A stretch of 64,000 nt of DNA, taken from the NCBI RefSeq assembly GCF_902713615.1, contig NC_052149.1, positions 36,848,327 to 36,912,326 of the forward strand, read 5' to 3'. Each line of letters begins with the position of its first letter. Position 1 is the first letter of the stretch. The notes below the pieces were generated by a model. It worked only from the letters and a program-made list of their open reading frames with translations, did no database searches and was not told where the DNA came from. The translations under genes were made by a program, and so were the position numbers. This document shows, piece after piece, positions 1 through 12,094 of this stretch. This stretch comes from Scyliorhinus canicula (Eukaryota).

Positions 1-1600
1 ATTTTGCCTCCACAGCCTTCTGCGGCAAATAGTTCCAGATTCACCCTCCTCTGGTTGAAGAAATTCCTGCTCATCTGTGTTTTATGGATCGCCCCTTACA
101 TCCAAGATTGTGCCCTCTAGTTCAAGTTTTTCCTACTAATGGAAACATTCTCTCCACGTCCACTCTATCCAGGCCTCACAGTATCCTGTAAGTTTCAATA
201 AGATTCCCGCTTATCCTTCTAAACTTCAACGAGTACAGATCCAGAGTCCTCAACCGTTCCTCATATGACAAGCTCTTCATTCCAAGGATCATTCTTATGA
301 ACCTCCACTGGACCCTTTCCAAAGCCAGCACATCCTTCCCCAAAATTGCTCACAATACTCCAAATGGGTCTGATCAGTGCCTTATACAGTGCAGAGGTAC
401 ACCCCTGCCCTTGTATTCCAGCCCTCTTGACACGAATGCTAACATTGCATCTGCCTTCCTAACTGCCGACTGAACCTGCACATTAACCTTAAGAGTCTTG
501 TAAACAAGTACTCTCAAGTCCCTTTGTGCTTGTAATTTCCTAAGCATTTCTCCATTTAGAAAATAGTTTGTGCCTCCATTCCACCTTCCAAAGTGCATAA
601 TCTCACAATTTTCCACATTCTATTCCATCTGCCACTTCTTTGGCCACTCTCATAGCCTGTCCAAGTCCTTCTGCAGCACCCCCTGTATCCTCAATACTAC
701 CTGTCCCTCTGCATATCTTTGTATCATCTGCAAACTTAGCAACAATGCCTTCAGTTCCTTCTTCCAAATCGTTAATGTATACAGTGAAAAGGTGCGGTCC
801 CAGCACCATCCCTGAGGCACACCACTCGTCACAGGTTGCAATCCTGAAAAAGACCCTTTCATCCCTTCTGTCAGCCAACCCTCTATCGATGCCAGGATCT
901 TTCCCGTAACACCATGGGCTCTTAACTTACTTAACAGTCTCCTATGCGGCACCTTGTCAAAGGCCTTCTGGAAATCTAAATAAATCACGTCTACTGGTTC
1001 TCCTTTGTCTAACTTTCTTGTTACCTCCTCAAAGAACTCTAACAGATTTATCAGACATGACCTACCCTTGACGAAGCCGTGCTGACTCAGTTCTATTTTA
1101 TCATGCACTTCCAAGTACTCCGCGATCTCATTTTTAATAACAGACTCTAAAATTTTGCCAATGACCAAAGTCAGGCTAACCGGCTTAAAGTTTCCCATCT
1201 TCTGCCTCCCTCCCTTCTTAAACAGCGGTGTTGCATTAACTACTTTCCAGTCCTCTGGGACCCTCCCTGCCTCCAGTGATTCCTGAAAGATCACCACCAT
1301 TGCCTCCAGAATTTCCTCAGTTACATCTTTTCGAACCCTGGAGTATAGTCCATTTGGGCCAGGTGATTTATCCACCTTCAGACTTGTCTGTTTCCCCAGA
1401 TCCTTCTCCTTAGTAATGGCCACTGCACTCACCTGTGCCCTTTGATTCTCTTGGAGCTCTGAAATCCCGCTGGTGTGTTCCATCGTGAAGACTGATGCAA
1501 AGTAACTATTCAGTTCCTCTGCCATTTCTTTGTTATTTGTTTCCTATTACTTCTTCTCCAACCTCATTTTCCAGTGGCCCAATGTCTATTTTTGTCTCTC
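1..1600 (-). mobile_element. CR1-clade LINE ORF2 (reverse transcriptase) fragment, frameshifted
   Basis: ORF 650-1525 has KSPGP, NFKPVSLT, QHGFVKGRSC, DVIYLDFQKAFDKVPH, SGVPQG; continues in other frames (KFADDTK, AFVSRGLEYK). Confidence 0.92.
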
Positions 1601-1626
1601 TCGTGAAAAAAAACTCTTCCTACCTT

Positions 1627-1978
1627 AGAACATAGAACAGTACAGCACAGAACAGGTCCTTTTGCCCTCGATGTTGTGCTGAGCGATGATCACCCTACTC
1701 AAACCCACGTATACACCCTATACCCGTAACCCAACAACCCCCCCCCCCCCCCCCCCTAACCTTACTTTTTAGGACACTACGGGCAATTTATCATGGCCAA
1801 TCCACCTAACCCGCACATCTTTGGACTGTGGGAGGAAACCGGAGCACCCGGAGGAAACCCACGCACACACGGGGAGGACGTGCAGACTCCACACAGACAG
1901 TGACCCAGCCGGGAATCGAAACTGGCACCCTGGAGCTGTGAAGCATTTATGCTAACCACCATGCTACCGTGCTGCCCT
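1627..1978 (-). mobile_element. tRNA-derived V-SINE (HE1-like) with CR1-type tail
   Basis: Head GGGCAGCACGGTAGCATGGTGGTTAGCA..TTCGATTCCCGG; central GGTTAGGTGGATTGGCCATG; tail CTGTTCTGTGCTGTACTGTTCTATGTTCTA matches the CR1 3' end at ~61140-61207. Confidence 0.9.
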
Positions 1979-2352
1979 ACCTTCTTTTATATTACTAGCT
2001 AACTTACACTCATATTTCATCTTCTCACTCCAAATTGCTTTTTTAGTTGTCCTCTGCTCACTGTTAAAGGTTTCCCAATCCTCTGGCTTCCCACTAATCC
2101 TCACCATTTTCTATGCTTTTATGCTGTCCTTGGCTTCCCTCATCAGCCGTGGATGCCTTGTCCTCTCCTTAGCATGTTTCCTCTTCCTTGGGATGAATTT
2201 CCGTTGTGCCTCCCCAATAACCCAAAAAAGCCCTGCCTTTGCTGTTCCACTGTATTCCCTGCTAGGCTCCCTTTACAATCAACTCTGTCCAGCTACTCCC
2301 TCTTTCTAGTTACCCTTATTTAATTGTAATACCATTACATACCATACAATTA

Positions 2353-2541
2353 GGGGCTGGTTTAGCACAGGGCTAAATAGCTGGCTTTTAAAGCAGACCA
2401 AGGTAGGCCAGCAGCACGGGTTCAATTCCTGTACCAGTCTCTCCGAACAGGCGCCGGAATGTGGCGACAAGGGGCTTTTCACAGTAACTTCATTTGAAGC
2501 CTTCTTGTGCCAAAAAGCGATTTTCATTTCATTTTTTTTTT
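2353..2541 (+). mobile_element. Short tRNA-derived SINE (GGGGCTGGTTTAGC.. family)
   Basis: A/B-box-like head (GGTTCAATTCC), (TTTCA)n-like tail, flanked by CATTACAT repeat; second copy at 16107-16291. Confidence 0.8.
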
Positions 2542-2814
2542 CATTACATCTGATTCCAGCTTCCCTTTCCAGGAGGAAAGTGAAAGATATATTTAGATCA
2601 GGCATCGTAGAAGCCGATAACCTCTACAGTGCAGAACGAGGCCATTCAGCCCATTGACTCTGTACCGACCCTCCGAAAGTGCGGCCCACACAGGCCCACT
2701 CCCCCACTCCATCCCCTTAACCCTGCAACCCCACCTAATCTGCACATCTTTGGGCACTAAGGGGCAATTTAGCTTGGCCAATTTACCTAACTGCACATCT
2801 GGTCCCCTCATGTT

Positions 2815-3342
2815 GACGCTATGACCAAGAAAGCACATCAACATTTATACTTCCTCAGGAAACTATGGAAATTCGTCATATCCACTGACTCTTACCAATT
2901 TTTATAGATGCACCATAGAAAGCATCCTATCTGGCTCCATCACAACTTAGTATGGCAACTGCTCAGCCCAAGACCTTAAGAAACTACAGAGTCGTGAACA
3001 CAGTCCAGTCCATCAAGCGAACCCGTCTCCCATCCACTGACTGTCTGCACCTCCCACTACCTAAGGAAAGTGGGCAGCATCAAAGACCCCCTCCCCACCC
3101 AGGCTATTCTCTATTCCATAAGGCAGAAGATACAAAAGCCTGAAAACACGCACGAACAGATTCAAAAACAGCTTTTTCCCCACTGTAACCTGAATGACTC
3201 TCTTTGGATTGAACTGATATCTCTATGCATCTTCTCTACTGTTATAGTACAATACGCTGTATGCTTCACCCCATAACTATGTCTAAGTATTTACATTGTG
3301 TATTTATCATATGTTCCATGCACATGTGACAATAAATCTAAA
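2815..3342 (+). mobile_element. Rex1/Babar-type LINE 3' fragment, nested in a V-SINE (SINE halves ~2620-2800 and ~3343-3488)
   Basis: KKAHQHLYFLRKL..IESILSG-type ORF2 end; tail GTGACAATAAATCTAAAT; SINE resumes at TTTGGACTG after the insertion. Confidence 0.7.
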
Positions 3343-3962
3343 TTTTTGGACTGCGGGCAAAAACCAGATCACCCAGTGAAAACCCAAGCAGACATGGAGA
3401 AGGTGCAAACTACACAGTCACCCAAGGCTTGAATCAAACTTGAATCCCCGGCGCAGTGAGGCAGCAGTGCGAACGACTGTGCCGCCCCACATATACATCA
3501 TATATACAGAGAAAGAAACGTTAACGTTTTCGGACCATAGCCTTTCATCAGGCCAGATGAGATTAGTTTGGATTGCTCTCGCAAACATCTGACACAGGTA
3601 AGATGGAGGATCAAATGCTATAAAGCTCTGTGGTGACCTCCAGGATCCTTCAATACTTTAGAAAAACTTCACCCCAGCTTGAGAAACATTTCCCTCCAGA
3701 GAGTGCATTCAGATTAACGTGTACCAAGATCATAATACTGCACTTGGAACGATGTATAATGTTCATAGACACTTACATTGCTGCAGATTATACTACCCAT
3801 TGGATTGGCAGCTGTAAAAAAAAAAATCTCCCCAGCACAGAATTTTTTGCAGGGTTTTTACAAACACAATACAGCGAGATGAAATGTAATGAACATTTGC
3901 ACAGAGCAGTGTCGAAACGAGGGGGGGGTGTAAGATAAAATAACAAAGCTGACTGTCTGCAC

Positions 3963-4086
3963 CTGTGCCCAGCTCCGTGTTGCAGCGCTCTTTGCTGTAT
4001 AACGTGGATTTTCTCTTTCTCAGCCTGATAGTTTCTGAAGCCGCGGAGTGCTTGCCCCCAAACAGACGAGTCCGCAGTGTCTCCAT
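3963..4086 (-). CDS. Candidate first coding exon of an unidentified gene that continues off the left end (METLRTRLFGGKHSAASETIRLRKRKSTLYSKERCNTELGT)
   Basis: ATG in AGGATGG Kozak context at the edge of the CpG island; CAG|GTGCAG donor at 3963/3962; non-repetitive sequence; protein not recognised. Confidence 0.5.
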
Positions 4087-4810
4087 CCTCACTTCAGTGC
4101 TGCCCGGCGGAGGGGAGGTGCATCCAGAGTCGGCTTCCTCTTCCCGTTACGTCATCGCGCCCCCGACCAGCTCGCGCACCCGCGCGAACTCCATTCGCCA
4201 AATCAGTTACTCGGCTGCCGGCCGTGCGTGTGCGTGTGCGCACGCGCGGGGCTTGGGCGGAGCCGCCCACCTGATGCTCGCTCTCCGTCTCTCCCGAAGC
4301 GATTGAGGTTTCCAAGGGTGATGGCTTTCCCATCCCGCTGTTCCCTCATCTCTCCATGTAAACAATCACAAAGCCACCCCCCACCCGTCCTTGGATGTCA
4401 TCCTCCTACATGCTATGCCCCACCCCACCAAGGTTTCTGTTTTAAAGTTCGCTCGCGCTGCTTTTTGAAATAAAACTGCCAGCTTTCGGACAATGCTCGG
4501 CACAACATCGAGGGCCGAAGGGCCTGTTCTGTGCTGTACTGTTCTATGCCCCCCCCCCTGGCCTTGAAAGACTACACAACCAGTGACGCCAGGCGTTTCG
4601 TCGGAACGCACGCGCGGTCGGACGAGGGGCGGGGTCACGCTCCAGCTGATTGACATTGTGTCCAGACGGCCGCCGGAACCAATCAGGAGAGCGGCAAGGG
4701 GGGTGGGTGACGAAGGCTGACATCCAAGTTGGGATGAGAGTGCAGCGCTGGAGCAAAGCAGGCTGAATGCTCTGGGATAGCCCAGCTCAGGGGTAAACAA
4801 AACTCACCGG
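4040..4810. promoter_or_regulatory. CpG-rich bidirectional promoter
   Basis: High CpG density; ETS-like CTTCC and CRE-like TTACGTCA ~4130-4154; NRF1-like TGCGCACGCGC ~4237-4247; ACTACA motif 4571; GC box 4626-4634; CCAAT 4679-4683; + strand donor CGG|GTAAGC at 4810/4811 (likely non-coding exon 1 of TMEM205-like). Confidence 0.75.
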
Positions 4811-5754
4811 GTAAGCGCTCTTGCATTTCACCCCAATTATTTCACCCAGTGGCAGATTGAGTAGCAAATGTAACTGTAAAGTTATTTTCATTCCTAATGG
4901 ATAGAGGAGCCGTACGGATTCAAAAGTTTAACTTCTTGTCATGATCTAGGTCTTTTTGGCATAAACCCTGGAGTAAGGTCTGAATGTTTTTATGCATTAA
5001 GGAGTGGAAATGTCTTCTCCTCCAAAGGAATTGATGCAGATTTGTTCAACTCTGCACAGCTTTAATGACGCCTGCAACAGCCTCAGAAAATGGATTACCC
5101 TCACACAGTTCCCGTTGGCCAATCGTCCTTTTACCTCCCACCCCCACCACACACACATCTACTAACATCCCCCTCACCCCTCACCACAAGGTCATTTTTC
5201 AGATCCATTTTGTGTTGATTGCACCCCAGAATTTAAAACTGTTGCCCCCAAACCTTAGTTGAGAACCTCTCTGGTCTATCTTTTCATGAAAGTTGAAAAT
5301 GCTGGAAATACGTACGGTCGTAAAAACATACGGAGCTGCAGAAAAACAATAAGAGGTTATAACCCTTGGTCAGGTTTCAAAACTGGAAGATAAACAACCT
5401 GGAACAAAGAGGGTGGTAGAGAAATGGTAATACTCCGCAAGCAGCGGGGGGTGCTAATTGCTGGCACAAATAGGCAATCCATGCACCAGCGAGCAGTGTG
5501 ATTCTTTTTTCTTAGTTAACAAAAACTGCTGGAAAGGCTTAGCACCATCAGGCAGTATCTGTGGAAAGAGAAGTAGAGATTACGTGTCAGGTCGATGGCC
5601 TTTCATCAGAACTTTGTGATAAGTGAGTGAAACGTATTACTATACACAAGTTGAAGTTTCTGCTGTGGAGCCCAATGCGTATTTAAATAAAACAGAAAAT
5701 GCTGGATAAACTCAGCAAGTCTGGCAGCATCTGTGAGTGATTTGCTCCACAGCA

Positions 5755-6049
5755 GGGCAGCACAGTTACTTCACAGCTCCAGGGTCCCAGGTTTGATTCC
5801 GGGCTTGGGTCACTGTCCGTGCGGAGTCTGCACGTTCTCCCTGTGTCTGCCTGGGTTTCCTCCAGGTGCTCCAGTTTTCGTCCTGCACCCAAAGATGTGC
5901 AGGTTAGATGGATTGGCCATGCCAAATTGCCCATAGTGTCCAAAAAGATGAGGTGGAGGCGGGGCTTAAGTGGAGTGTTCTTTCTAAGGGCTGGTACAGA
6001 CTCAATAGGCTGAATGACCTCATTCTGCAGTGTAAATTCTATGATTCTA
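5755..6049 (+). mobile_element. V-SINE (HE1-like), inserted into a Penelope-type terminal fragment
   Basis: Same head and central domain as other copies; flanks 5685-5735 and 6050-6095 join into one Penelope-type repeat. Confidence 0.8.
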
Positions 6050-7111
6050 CGAGTTAACGTTTGTTCAGAGCTAAATGATCTGTCATACAGAACTGAAGCA
6101 AGGTAGGAACATACAGAATTATATAGATGGAAAGGAAGTGGGAGATGCGCAGCTTTTATATAATTAAATATATGAGAGCTTCAGTAATCCTGGAGATGAA
6201 GTATAGAGAGACACTGGTGTTATGGAGGTGGAATTAGATGATCTTGCTGATGGATAATACGATGACTTGAAGCTTAGACCAGGGTGTAAAAGGACCTCTG
6301 AATTGGGGGCTAAGATGTTGCATCCTAGTAGGATCAATCAATTTTGATAAATTAAATAATGTTGCCAAGTGTTTATATGTAGATGAGGATGAAATGGGTT
6401 CCAGAATGGAAATTACTATATGAACCTGAAGGAAAAGCTATTGCAGAAGATCTAATGACTGTATTGGGACAGGCAGGACCATGTTTACATTGAATATATA
6501 GCAGTGACAGGCTATTTAGCCTAATGAGAGCATACTGGCATCCACTCAAACCTCTTATCCTTTCTCATAAGTTCATAAGATATAGGTGCAGAATTAGGCC
6601 ATTTGGCCCATCAGGTCTGCTTCACCATTCTATCATGGCTGATATGTTCCTCATCTGCCACCTACAATGTTACAGACCAAGAGTTGGATTGCGAAATCAG
6701 CCAGAGCATCTCCCCCCTAGAACACATGACCTAGGAGCGGGAGTAGGCAATTTAGGCTTCCAGGTCTAACACCCTAAATGTGATCATGGCTGACCCCATC
6801 CTGGCCTCAACTCCACCGTCCTGTCTGTTCTCCATAACCCTTCGATCCAGTACCAATTAAAAATCTGTCCAACTCCTCCTTAAATTTACTCACTGACCCT
6901 GCATCCGCCGCACTCTGGGGTAGCGAGTGCTCATCTCTTAGACATACACCATCTCCCTCAGAGGCTTACCTAGCTTCTTCTTGCATGCATCTAAAATATG
7001 TGCCTCAACAACTCCCTGTGATAGTGGGTTCCACATTTTCACCATTCTGGGTGAAGATATTTCTTCTCAAATCCCTGTTTGATTTCTCGGTGACAATCTC
7101 ATATTTTTTTT

Positions 7112-7458
7112 ACATAGAATTTACAGTGCAGAAGGAGGCCATTCAGCCCATCTAGTCTGCACCGGCTCCTGGAAAGAGCACCCTACCCAAGGATAACACC
7201 TCCACCCTTTCCCCATAACCCAGTAACCCCACCCAACACTAAGGGCAATTTGGAACACTAAGGGCAATTTATCACGGCCAATCCACCTAACCTGCACATC
7301 TTTGGACTGTGGGAGGAAACCGGAGCACCCGGCGGAAACCCACGCACACAGGGGGAGGATGTGCAGACTCCGCACAGACAGTGACCCAAGCTGGAATCGA
7401 ACCTGGGACCCTGGAGCTGTGAAGCGATTGTGCTAACCACAATGCTACCGTGCTGCCC
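7112..7458 (-). mobile_element. V-SINE (HE1-like)
   Basis: Full head, central domain and GAATGGCCTCCTTCTGCACTGTAAATTCTATG tail. Confidence 0.9.
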
Positions 7459-7740
7459 CTTGATGGCTTCTAGTTCTACATTTCTCCACCAGTGAAAACA
7501 CTTTCCCTTTGTCTACTCTTATACACTCCTTTCATACTTTTAAAAGCCTCTATTAGTTTCTTCAGAATTAATTCTGGAGGGCATATGTATTTTGCCTTTT
7601 GTTAATCACAATTTGTGTCAGAGATAACCATTTTGGTTTAACTTTCTTTGGGCACTTCTCTTCCATTCCATGTCTTCTCTGTGACTTGGTGCAGGGTTTC
7701 TTCCTCCCTTGGTTGTGTGATGCCATCTGTTGCAGCTGCC

Positions 7741-7840
7741 ATGGCTACTGAAGGAGAACCTACAACGTTTGCCAAACTTCTCCACCTGATGTTCCTGTCT
7801 ACATTCTGGGGAATGCAGATATGGGTCACATTTATATCAG
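7741..7840 (+). CDS. TMEM205: TMEM205-like (DUF4149) coding exon 1
   Basis: GCCATGG start; MATEGEPTTFAKLLHLMFLSTFWGMQIWVTFISG resembles TMEM205 ..[21 protein letters not shown]; acceptor TGCAG at 7694; donor CAG|GCAAGT. Family is secure; ortholog vs paralog is uncertain. Confidence 0.9.
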
Positions 7841-8674
7841 GCAAGTTCTTTTATTTTATTCTAATAGCTTTCCACCTTGAACTATTGCTTTTAATAGTTA
7901 AATTCCAGACTAAAGAACCATCTATGAACAGGTCCAAACATGTCACAATGAATGTGCCTCTGCAGCACACAGATGTACCAGAACATTGAAAGTTGTCCAA
8001 CACAGTGGAACTCTCATTATTTGGTCTCCTCCTTTTCTGCATTTCCGAATCCCCTTGTTCATATTTAGTGACAATGCCTTATGCTCTAGAACCCCCATCT
8101 CCCAGCCGCTCTCCCTCTTCTTCAATTTCATGACTATGCAGCCCTTTTATGATCTACCCCCTTACCAGGTTTTCCTGCCCTCAGCAGTGTACCGCAGGCC
8201 AAACCTGTACTACTTTTCCTGTGTCTGTAACCAAATTAAAATGGGAAAGTAATACCCAATCAAAATGTCAGAACTCTGCATTGCAAGTGCAGGCAAGACT
8301 GAACATTGGACCAGTTAATCCAATATTTACCTTTATTCTAAAATTGAGGTGTTTCAGGCAAGCTTGGTCACAAGTCATGTGTTGGATTGGGGAATCAAGG
8401 GCTTCAGAAAAACGTGAGTCCACCCTCTATTGCATTATGAAGCTCTGCGGAATGATTGCTTTGTAGCGATTATCTGTTGCACAAATTGTCCTTTTTCCTT
8501 TCCAAATATTTTGTCTCTTACTGAATTTCCATTTGCTGACTTGTGCAGGCTTACTTTGTGAAAACTACTGTGCTTTATTTAAACTTCAGTCTGATGATCG
8601 ACTCTGGAGACATTTACATTCATAAATAAGTACCCTCACACCCAGTTTAATATTAGCATCAGAGAACCTATAGT

Positions 8675-8920
8675 GGATTCCTGGCTTGGGTCACTGTCTG
8701 TGCGGAGTCTGCACGTTCTCCCCATGTCTGCGTGGGTTTCCTCCAGGTGCTCCGGTTTCCTCCCACAAATCCCGAAAGACGTGCTGTTAGGTAATTTGGA
8801 CATTCTGAATTCTCCCTCTGTGACCCGAACAGGCGCCGGAATGTGGCGGCTAGGGGCTTTTCACAGTAACTTCATTGCAGTGTGAATGTAAGCCTACTTG
8901 TGACAATAAAGATTATTATA
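8675..8920 (+). mobile_element. V-SINE variant with alternative tail (AACAGGCGCCGGAATGTGGCG..GTGACAATAAA)
   Basis: V-SINE body plus the tail shared with the short SINE family; other copies ~30216-30490 (+) and ~37275-37555 (-). Confidence 0.8.
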
Positions 8921-9223
8921 AATATATATTTTTCAATTAAATTATTGCTCCAGCAAAGCTGCCTGAGTGGCCATCCATAATTACTGTTTTCAGCAGTGCA
9001 AAATATACTTGGGAGTGGCGTAAAGGATTTCATGCAGAGCTGCATATGTATATTGTGTAAATAGTGAACAAGATAACCAAAGTTAATAGCCTAAGCCTGA
9101 TTTTGTATGATTTTTTTCCCTTATTTGAAGTTTAATTTTTGCAGTTGAAGTTATGGTCGATTTGCATTGCTTTCACCAACAGTTTATTCAGAAGTCCTTA
9201 ATGTCACTTTGTTTGTTCCACAG

Positions 9224-9387
9224 GTCTGATCATGGGCAGTAACCTCACAAGACACACATTTGGCTTCATTCAGAGCAGACTCTTTCCATATTACTTTCAC
9301 CTTGGATCTGCCTGTGCTTTCTTTAACTTAACCATCTTTACAATGTATCACCCTAGTGAACTGTTAAACGAAGAAGAGACATTTCAG
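9224..9387 (+). CDS. TMEM205: TMEM205-like coding exon 2
   Basis: TTCCACAG| acceptor; LIMGSNLTRHTFGFIQSRLFPYYFHLG (cf. RHTFGLVQSKLFPFYFH); CAG|GTATTG donor; phase consistent. Confidence 0.92.
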
Positions 9388-10310
9388 GTATTGCACACAG
9401 AGCTTGTGGTCACACAAGGGAGGGTTTGGAATGGATTAGAGCATGTTGGGATTAATGGTCATCATTGTGGATGGAATGTAGCCCTTTCATTCAAAGCCTA
9501 TTGATTCCTTTTTTCCAGGTCTGTCTGGATTATGCACAAACCCCCATCAATGTATTCATTGGCTCTGCTGCTTTGAACAGCAATGCAGCTCATAACTTTA
9601 TTTATTTTTTTGTTGCTACCTTTGTGGGGTTCCTCAATATACAGAATTTGGCTGAGGTGAAGTGTCGCATGTTGGTGCTGTCTGGTAATTTGCCATCATA
9701 TAAAGAAATTCAAGAGTCATTGTGAACTGCTAAAGCCTCCTGGGGGTGTTAAGTAATGATCAGAATTCTGGGAACGTCCTCTGAATTGTTTTGCTCGGTA
9801 TGGCAGATAATCAAAGCACTATCTTGTGCTATACTACTGCAGGTCCTTGGGAGGACCAGGATAGATGTGTTAGAGCAGGACTCTACACTATATATTTAAC
9901 TGGTTGCTTAAGGGGTTGGACATTAAGCAGAATGCAGTAATCTGAATTGAAGAATATAGTGTTAGGTTGAAGTCTGGTCCCTTGTGCCAATGATTGTAAT
10001 GTGCACACAAACACACAAGTACACTCAACAATATTCTCTGCCTATTTTAAATAGGTATTAAAATATCAAAATGAGGGTATAAGTTGTTAAACGTGCCATT
10101 TTTATTGGGGTGCTTGCTTTGTTACTGGGGCTCTAAGTGTAACGTGTTTTCTTAGCCTTATCCTAACTCCTGATGATCAATGGAAATTATCTTAAATTTG
10201 ATCATTAAATCGGCAGCTTGGAAGAAACATTGCCTTACATTTGACTGACGTATACGATCTGGTCAGCGATGATGATTCAAAATGGTTACATCCAATTTAT
10301 TTTCTTTCAG

Positions 10311-10613
10311 ATTATCATTCTCTTTATCTGTGTGACTGTTGCGGGGCTCAATGCCCAATGGTTTGGCAAGATAACTTCTGAAATCATGGCCGATATGCAT
10401 CTGATTGAACAGAGTTGTGGGCTGGGGAAGGATATTGGATTGTCAATCAACAGAGAGGCCTATAACAAGCTGAAGGAGAGTAATCCCAAATACAAGAAGT
10501 TTTCACACCAACTAACACTGTATCACAACACCTCCTCTTTGTGTAACTTGTGTTGCATCATCTGTAATGGGATAAGTTTGTACTTCATGGCAGCCAAGTT
10601 ATCCACATTATAA
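10311..10613 (+). CDS. TMEM205: TMEM205-like coding exon 3 (stop TAA); spliced CDS 567 nt = 188 aa
   Basis: TTTCTTTCAG| acceptor; LNAQWF, YNKLKESNPKY, YHNTSSLCNLCCIICNG match the TMEM205 C-terminus; AATAAA at 10780-10785. Confidence 0.92.
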   Translation: MIILFICVTVAGLNAQWFGKITSEIMADMHLIEQSCGLGKDIGLSINREAYNKLKESNPKYKKFSHQLTLYHNTSSLCNLCCIICNGISLYFMAAKLSTL

Positions 10614-11579
10614 AGGTGCTTTGGGTTAAAGATTCAATGTCCAATGGTGGAGTGTATTTACAAGTCATGAGAACTTGAAATGTAAACCACTTTGTTGTGT
10701 TGATTATGATTGTGGACTATAATCCAACACGATCTGTCCAATAATTATATACTTAAGTGCTTGTGTCACCATTTGGGGAAATAAATCAAACAGAAAGAAA
10801 ATCAATAATCAGAAGCAGAAAGTTTTAAAATGGAAGATGACATACTGCTGGAATCTGGGCAGTAGATTTCTGTAGCCTCATTTTGGCTCCCAGGCAATGT
10901 GTAATGAAGAGTATATGTAAGTGGGTTATCAGGCTTTTTCACACCCACACCCCAAATTGATGGGATTGCCCAGTTTTGGGAGTGCAACTGAGGAGAATTG
11001 TGCATATCATAATCTTGTGAAATAACTATTAGTGCTGGTGATTAGCCTGAATTGATATATGTGCAATTATACCTTTCCAAGGAACACATTGGACTAGAAG
11101 AGACTATGGTGGTCTATATGGCTAGCCCAAAATTCAAAAATGTTATCCACTATTCTTATCTCTCATCTCTTTATCAACCATTTACCTAGTTCTTACCAAT
11201 TTGTTAATAGGATATACCTCGTGAGGCTGTCTGCCCCATATATTCACCAACCTTTTAGCCAATCGACTTCTATAGATTTTCTCATTCTATATAATTGTAT
11301 AAGATGTAGAATCATAAACACTAATAAATATTTTTCTAATGTCAATAAACCCAGTATTGCCAGAATGTTATATAAACTTTGGAAATATCCATTATTGCAC
11401 TTTTCTATAATGTTTTTGCCCCTTGCATATAATTTTGTTTAGACCCAGAAAGTTACATTAATATGGGATACTATTTTAATAGTTATGTATAAACTGTATT
11501 GTGGGGCTAAACTTGGCTTGATGCATAACCACAAATGATGTTATTGACACTAGCAGAAGAAATTCTCTGCACTGGGACA

Positions 11580-11712
11580 CTGTAATGGGATAAGTTTGTA
11601 CTTCTCCATGGCAGCCAAGTTATCCACATTATAAAGGTGCTCTGGGTAAGATATTTAAAGATTCAATGTCCAATGGTGGAGTCTATTTACGAGTCATGAG
11701 AACTTGAAATGT
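11580..11712 (+). repeat. Local duplicate of TMEM205-like last codons, stop and proximal 3' UTR (source 10562-10683)
   Basis: Direct alignment: near-identical apart from two short insertions and a few substitutions. Confidence 0.93.
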
Positions 11713-11968
11713 TACTTAGATATATCCCATTCATCCTGCCGAAGAACGACAGCATAAGAAAATGACAGCTGAGTTTGCAGACTGTGCTGAGATGAATCCT
11801 AATGAAACATGGCATACTTTCAAACCCCAGAGTGGGCTTAAACTTTACATACTTACAAAATGTAATTGGTTGTGTGTGTGCACAGAGGAATAGCAGATGA
11901 AGTGACTCCAGCATTGTTTTTTAAAGTTCGCTGTGATAGTTCCTCCCAAAAAGTCAGCGGAAAGAACC

Positions 11969-12094
11969 ATGATGTGGGGATGCCGGCATTGGACTGGGGT
12001 GGGTGAGCACAGTAAGACGTCTTACAACACCAGGTTAAAGTCCAACATGTTTGTTTCAAACACTAGCTTTCGGAGCACTGCTCCTTCCTCAGGT
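11969..12094 (-). mobile_element. Penelope-like terminal repeat fragment with minimal hammerhead motif (12061-12094)
   Basis: Same sequence as the termini of the Penelope element at 33659-36379; CTGAGGA-A-GGAGC-AGT-GCTCC-GAA-AGCT-A. Confidence 0.85.

Noticed and set aside
1777-1962. Recurrent small ORFs (MVVSINASQLQG..GHCLCGVCTSSPC..)
   Set aside because: Translations of V-SINE copies, not a gene family.
2353-2440. tRNA-like sequences with A/B boxes
   Set aside because: These are SINE heads followed by SINE bodies and tails; no complete cloverleaf gene found.
4440-4453. TTTTAAAGTTCGCT shared with ~11919
   Set aside because: Only 14 bp, AT-rich, no flanking similarity; compatible with chance.
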